DNA of 64,000 nt from contig OZ024740.1 of assembly GCA_964016885.1 (NCBI GenBank), positions 91,450,001-91,514,000 of the forward strand, written 5' to 3'. The translations under genes were made by a program, and so were the position numbers. The DNA comes from Eledone cirrhosa. Its lineage: Eukaryota. The notes beneath the pieces were generated by a model. It made no database searches, was not told where the DNA came from, and saw only the letters and a program-made list of their open reading frames with translations. Shown one piece after another: positions 62,449 to 64,000 of the stretch (within the stretch, counting starts at the first letter, position 1; each line of letters begins with the position of its first letter).

Positions 62449-62888
62449 CGAAGGAAATGTGGTAAGGAACCAGATGGACCATAACGCACCAACGTACTCA
62501 ATACTTAGGGTAGTAGAGTGCGTAGTAGGAACGACTAGGAACCCGACGGCTGAGCTCAAGCCGTTTCGACGGCTAATTCTGGACTAAATGAAAATTGTTA
62601 TCATGGTACATGAATAGCCGAGCTTCTCAGGGGGTAATTCCATATATGGTAAAAGTGATTGTCACAGGGATTGGTCAAAGTTTGTTGTTGAGACACATAA
62701 TTCTATCATGGCATTTTGTGGATGGAAAGGGTAGCTGAACTAGCCAGTAGAAGAAAGAGGGAGACAGTGTGGAGGAAAACCAGTCGTGCGTTGATAGTGC
62801 CAACTACAGCAGGGTCCTATTCATGTACCAGCATAACCATTTTCATTTAGACCAGAATTAGCCGTCGAAACGGCTTGAGCTCAGCTGT
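62445..62888 (-). mobile_element. Diverged relative of the main PLE pseudo-LTR with a short inverted arm (62816-62888)
   Basis: Same terminus (TA)n-ataacgaaggaaatgtggtaagg as at 23075; homologous to ~23075-23420. Confidence 0.88.
62541..62635 (-). ncRNA. Hammerhead homologue with C3/A8 core
   Basis: acccc-CTGAGAA-gctcggcta...tagccgtc-GAAA-cggc ttgagctca gccg-TC-gggt; stems conserved while the stem II loop has diverged. Confidence 0.55.
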
Positions 62889-63052
62889 TTATTTATAATT
62901 ACGCTGTTTATTTATAATTAACTCCGTATTCGCACATCCAACTACACAAACAAAGATGGGTGAACTGCATTACGTTGAGTAGTCTCCATAATATTACACC
63001 AAGATTGACCAGTCGGAATGACCAATGTTATCCATTGGTGAACCAACAAACC

Positions 63053-63094
<42 letters not shown>

Positions 63095-64000
63095 GCAAAG
63101 GTTTTATTTTAAATTGTTGGGTTACAACAAGTAAATATTTTATAACTGATATAAAGCACTCGACAAGTTTTTGGAGTATATATACGATATTAAACAAATG
63201 GAAACTATATTTATAAAACCATATTTATTTCATTATACATATTTCAGGGATACCATATTAAAAATATGGCATCCCTTCGTCAGATAAAATACAATATATA
63301 AACAGTTTCATAAATAATGTTGACGTACCATATTATAAGCGACCATTAAATTAGGAAGCTCTCTGGGTAGTGATTTTTTAATACTTATTCAGTTATAGTG
63401 TTAAGCACAGTTAGAAAAAAGACCGAGAGAAAGAAGAAACGGAGGTAAAGAAAAAACAGAGAAATAGAGGGGAGAGAAAGAAAGGAGGAGGTGAAAAGGA
63501 ACAAGGAAGAAATAAGAGAGGCAAACGAAAGCAACAGATAAATAATAATTCACCATACATATAGAAACACTCAAGAGAGAGGGAGTACTATATATAGAGA
63601 GAAGGATAATAATTATTTAGTTATAGAGTTAAGCACAGTTAGAAAAAAAGACGGAGAGAAAGTAAAAACTGGAGATAAAGAAAAAGAAAAAAGAAAAAAA
63701 CAACGGAGGGAGAGAGGGGGGAGGAAAGGAAGAGAGAGAGAAAATATAAATATATAGGAGGAAGTGAAATAGAAACAAGAGAGAAATAGGAGAGGCAAAC
63801 GAAAGCGATAGATACATAATCATTCATCATACACAAACACAAACTCAAGAGAGAGGAGAAAGTGCTATATATAGAGAGAGGGATATAGTTACATCTTTAC
63901 GTCATGTCATATCAATTTGAATTATCAATTCATATGAAATGGATAATAAGAATGCAAATATCGATATTCATGAATGAGACAGATATATAATATGAGAAAA
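63095..64000 (-). mobile_element. 3' end / pseudo-LTR of a family B PLE, running off the window
   Basis: Colinear with 4160-5020. Hammerhead-like CTGACGA-agggatgccatatt ttt aatatggtatccct-GAAA at ~63232-63288. Confidence 0.85.

Overview
AT-rich eukaryotic DNA riddled with (TA)n microsatellites. A tRNA-derived SINE resembling octopod SINEs suggests a cephalopod or other mollusc (inference). No confident host gene is present. The window is a hotspot for Penelope-like retroelements (PLEs) inserted into (TA)n tracts. The centrepiece is a very young 20.7-kb insertion (23075-43820) with three parts. (1) About 4.5 head-to-tail 3542/3543-bp copies of an RT + C-terminal GIY-YIG PLE with Hydra-clade-like motifs and four intact ORFs, each unit carrying an unusual type I hammerhead ribozyme (U3-A8 core). 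(2) At the 5' truncation point, ~66 near-perfect copies of a 55-bp piece of the element's own ORF, bounded by a 3-nt AAT repeat and reminiscent of telomerase-style template realignment. (3) An inverted pseudo-LTR that appears to come from a different template molecule. Also present are a ~423-bp tandem/inverted hammerhead retrozyme-like element, several decayed PLEs and PLE-end remnants with hammerhead motifs (often with enlarged stem II), RTE and L1/Tx1-like LINE fragments, and two SINEs with target-site duplications. All calls are from reading the sequence by eye; no database searches or folding programs were run.
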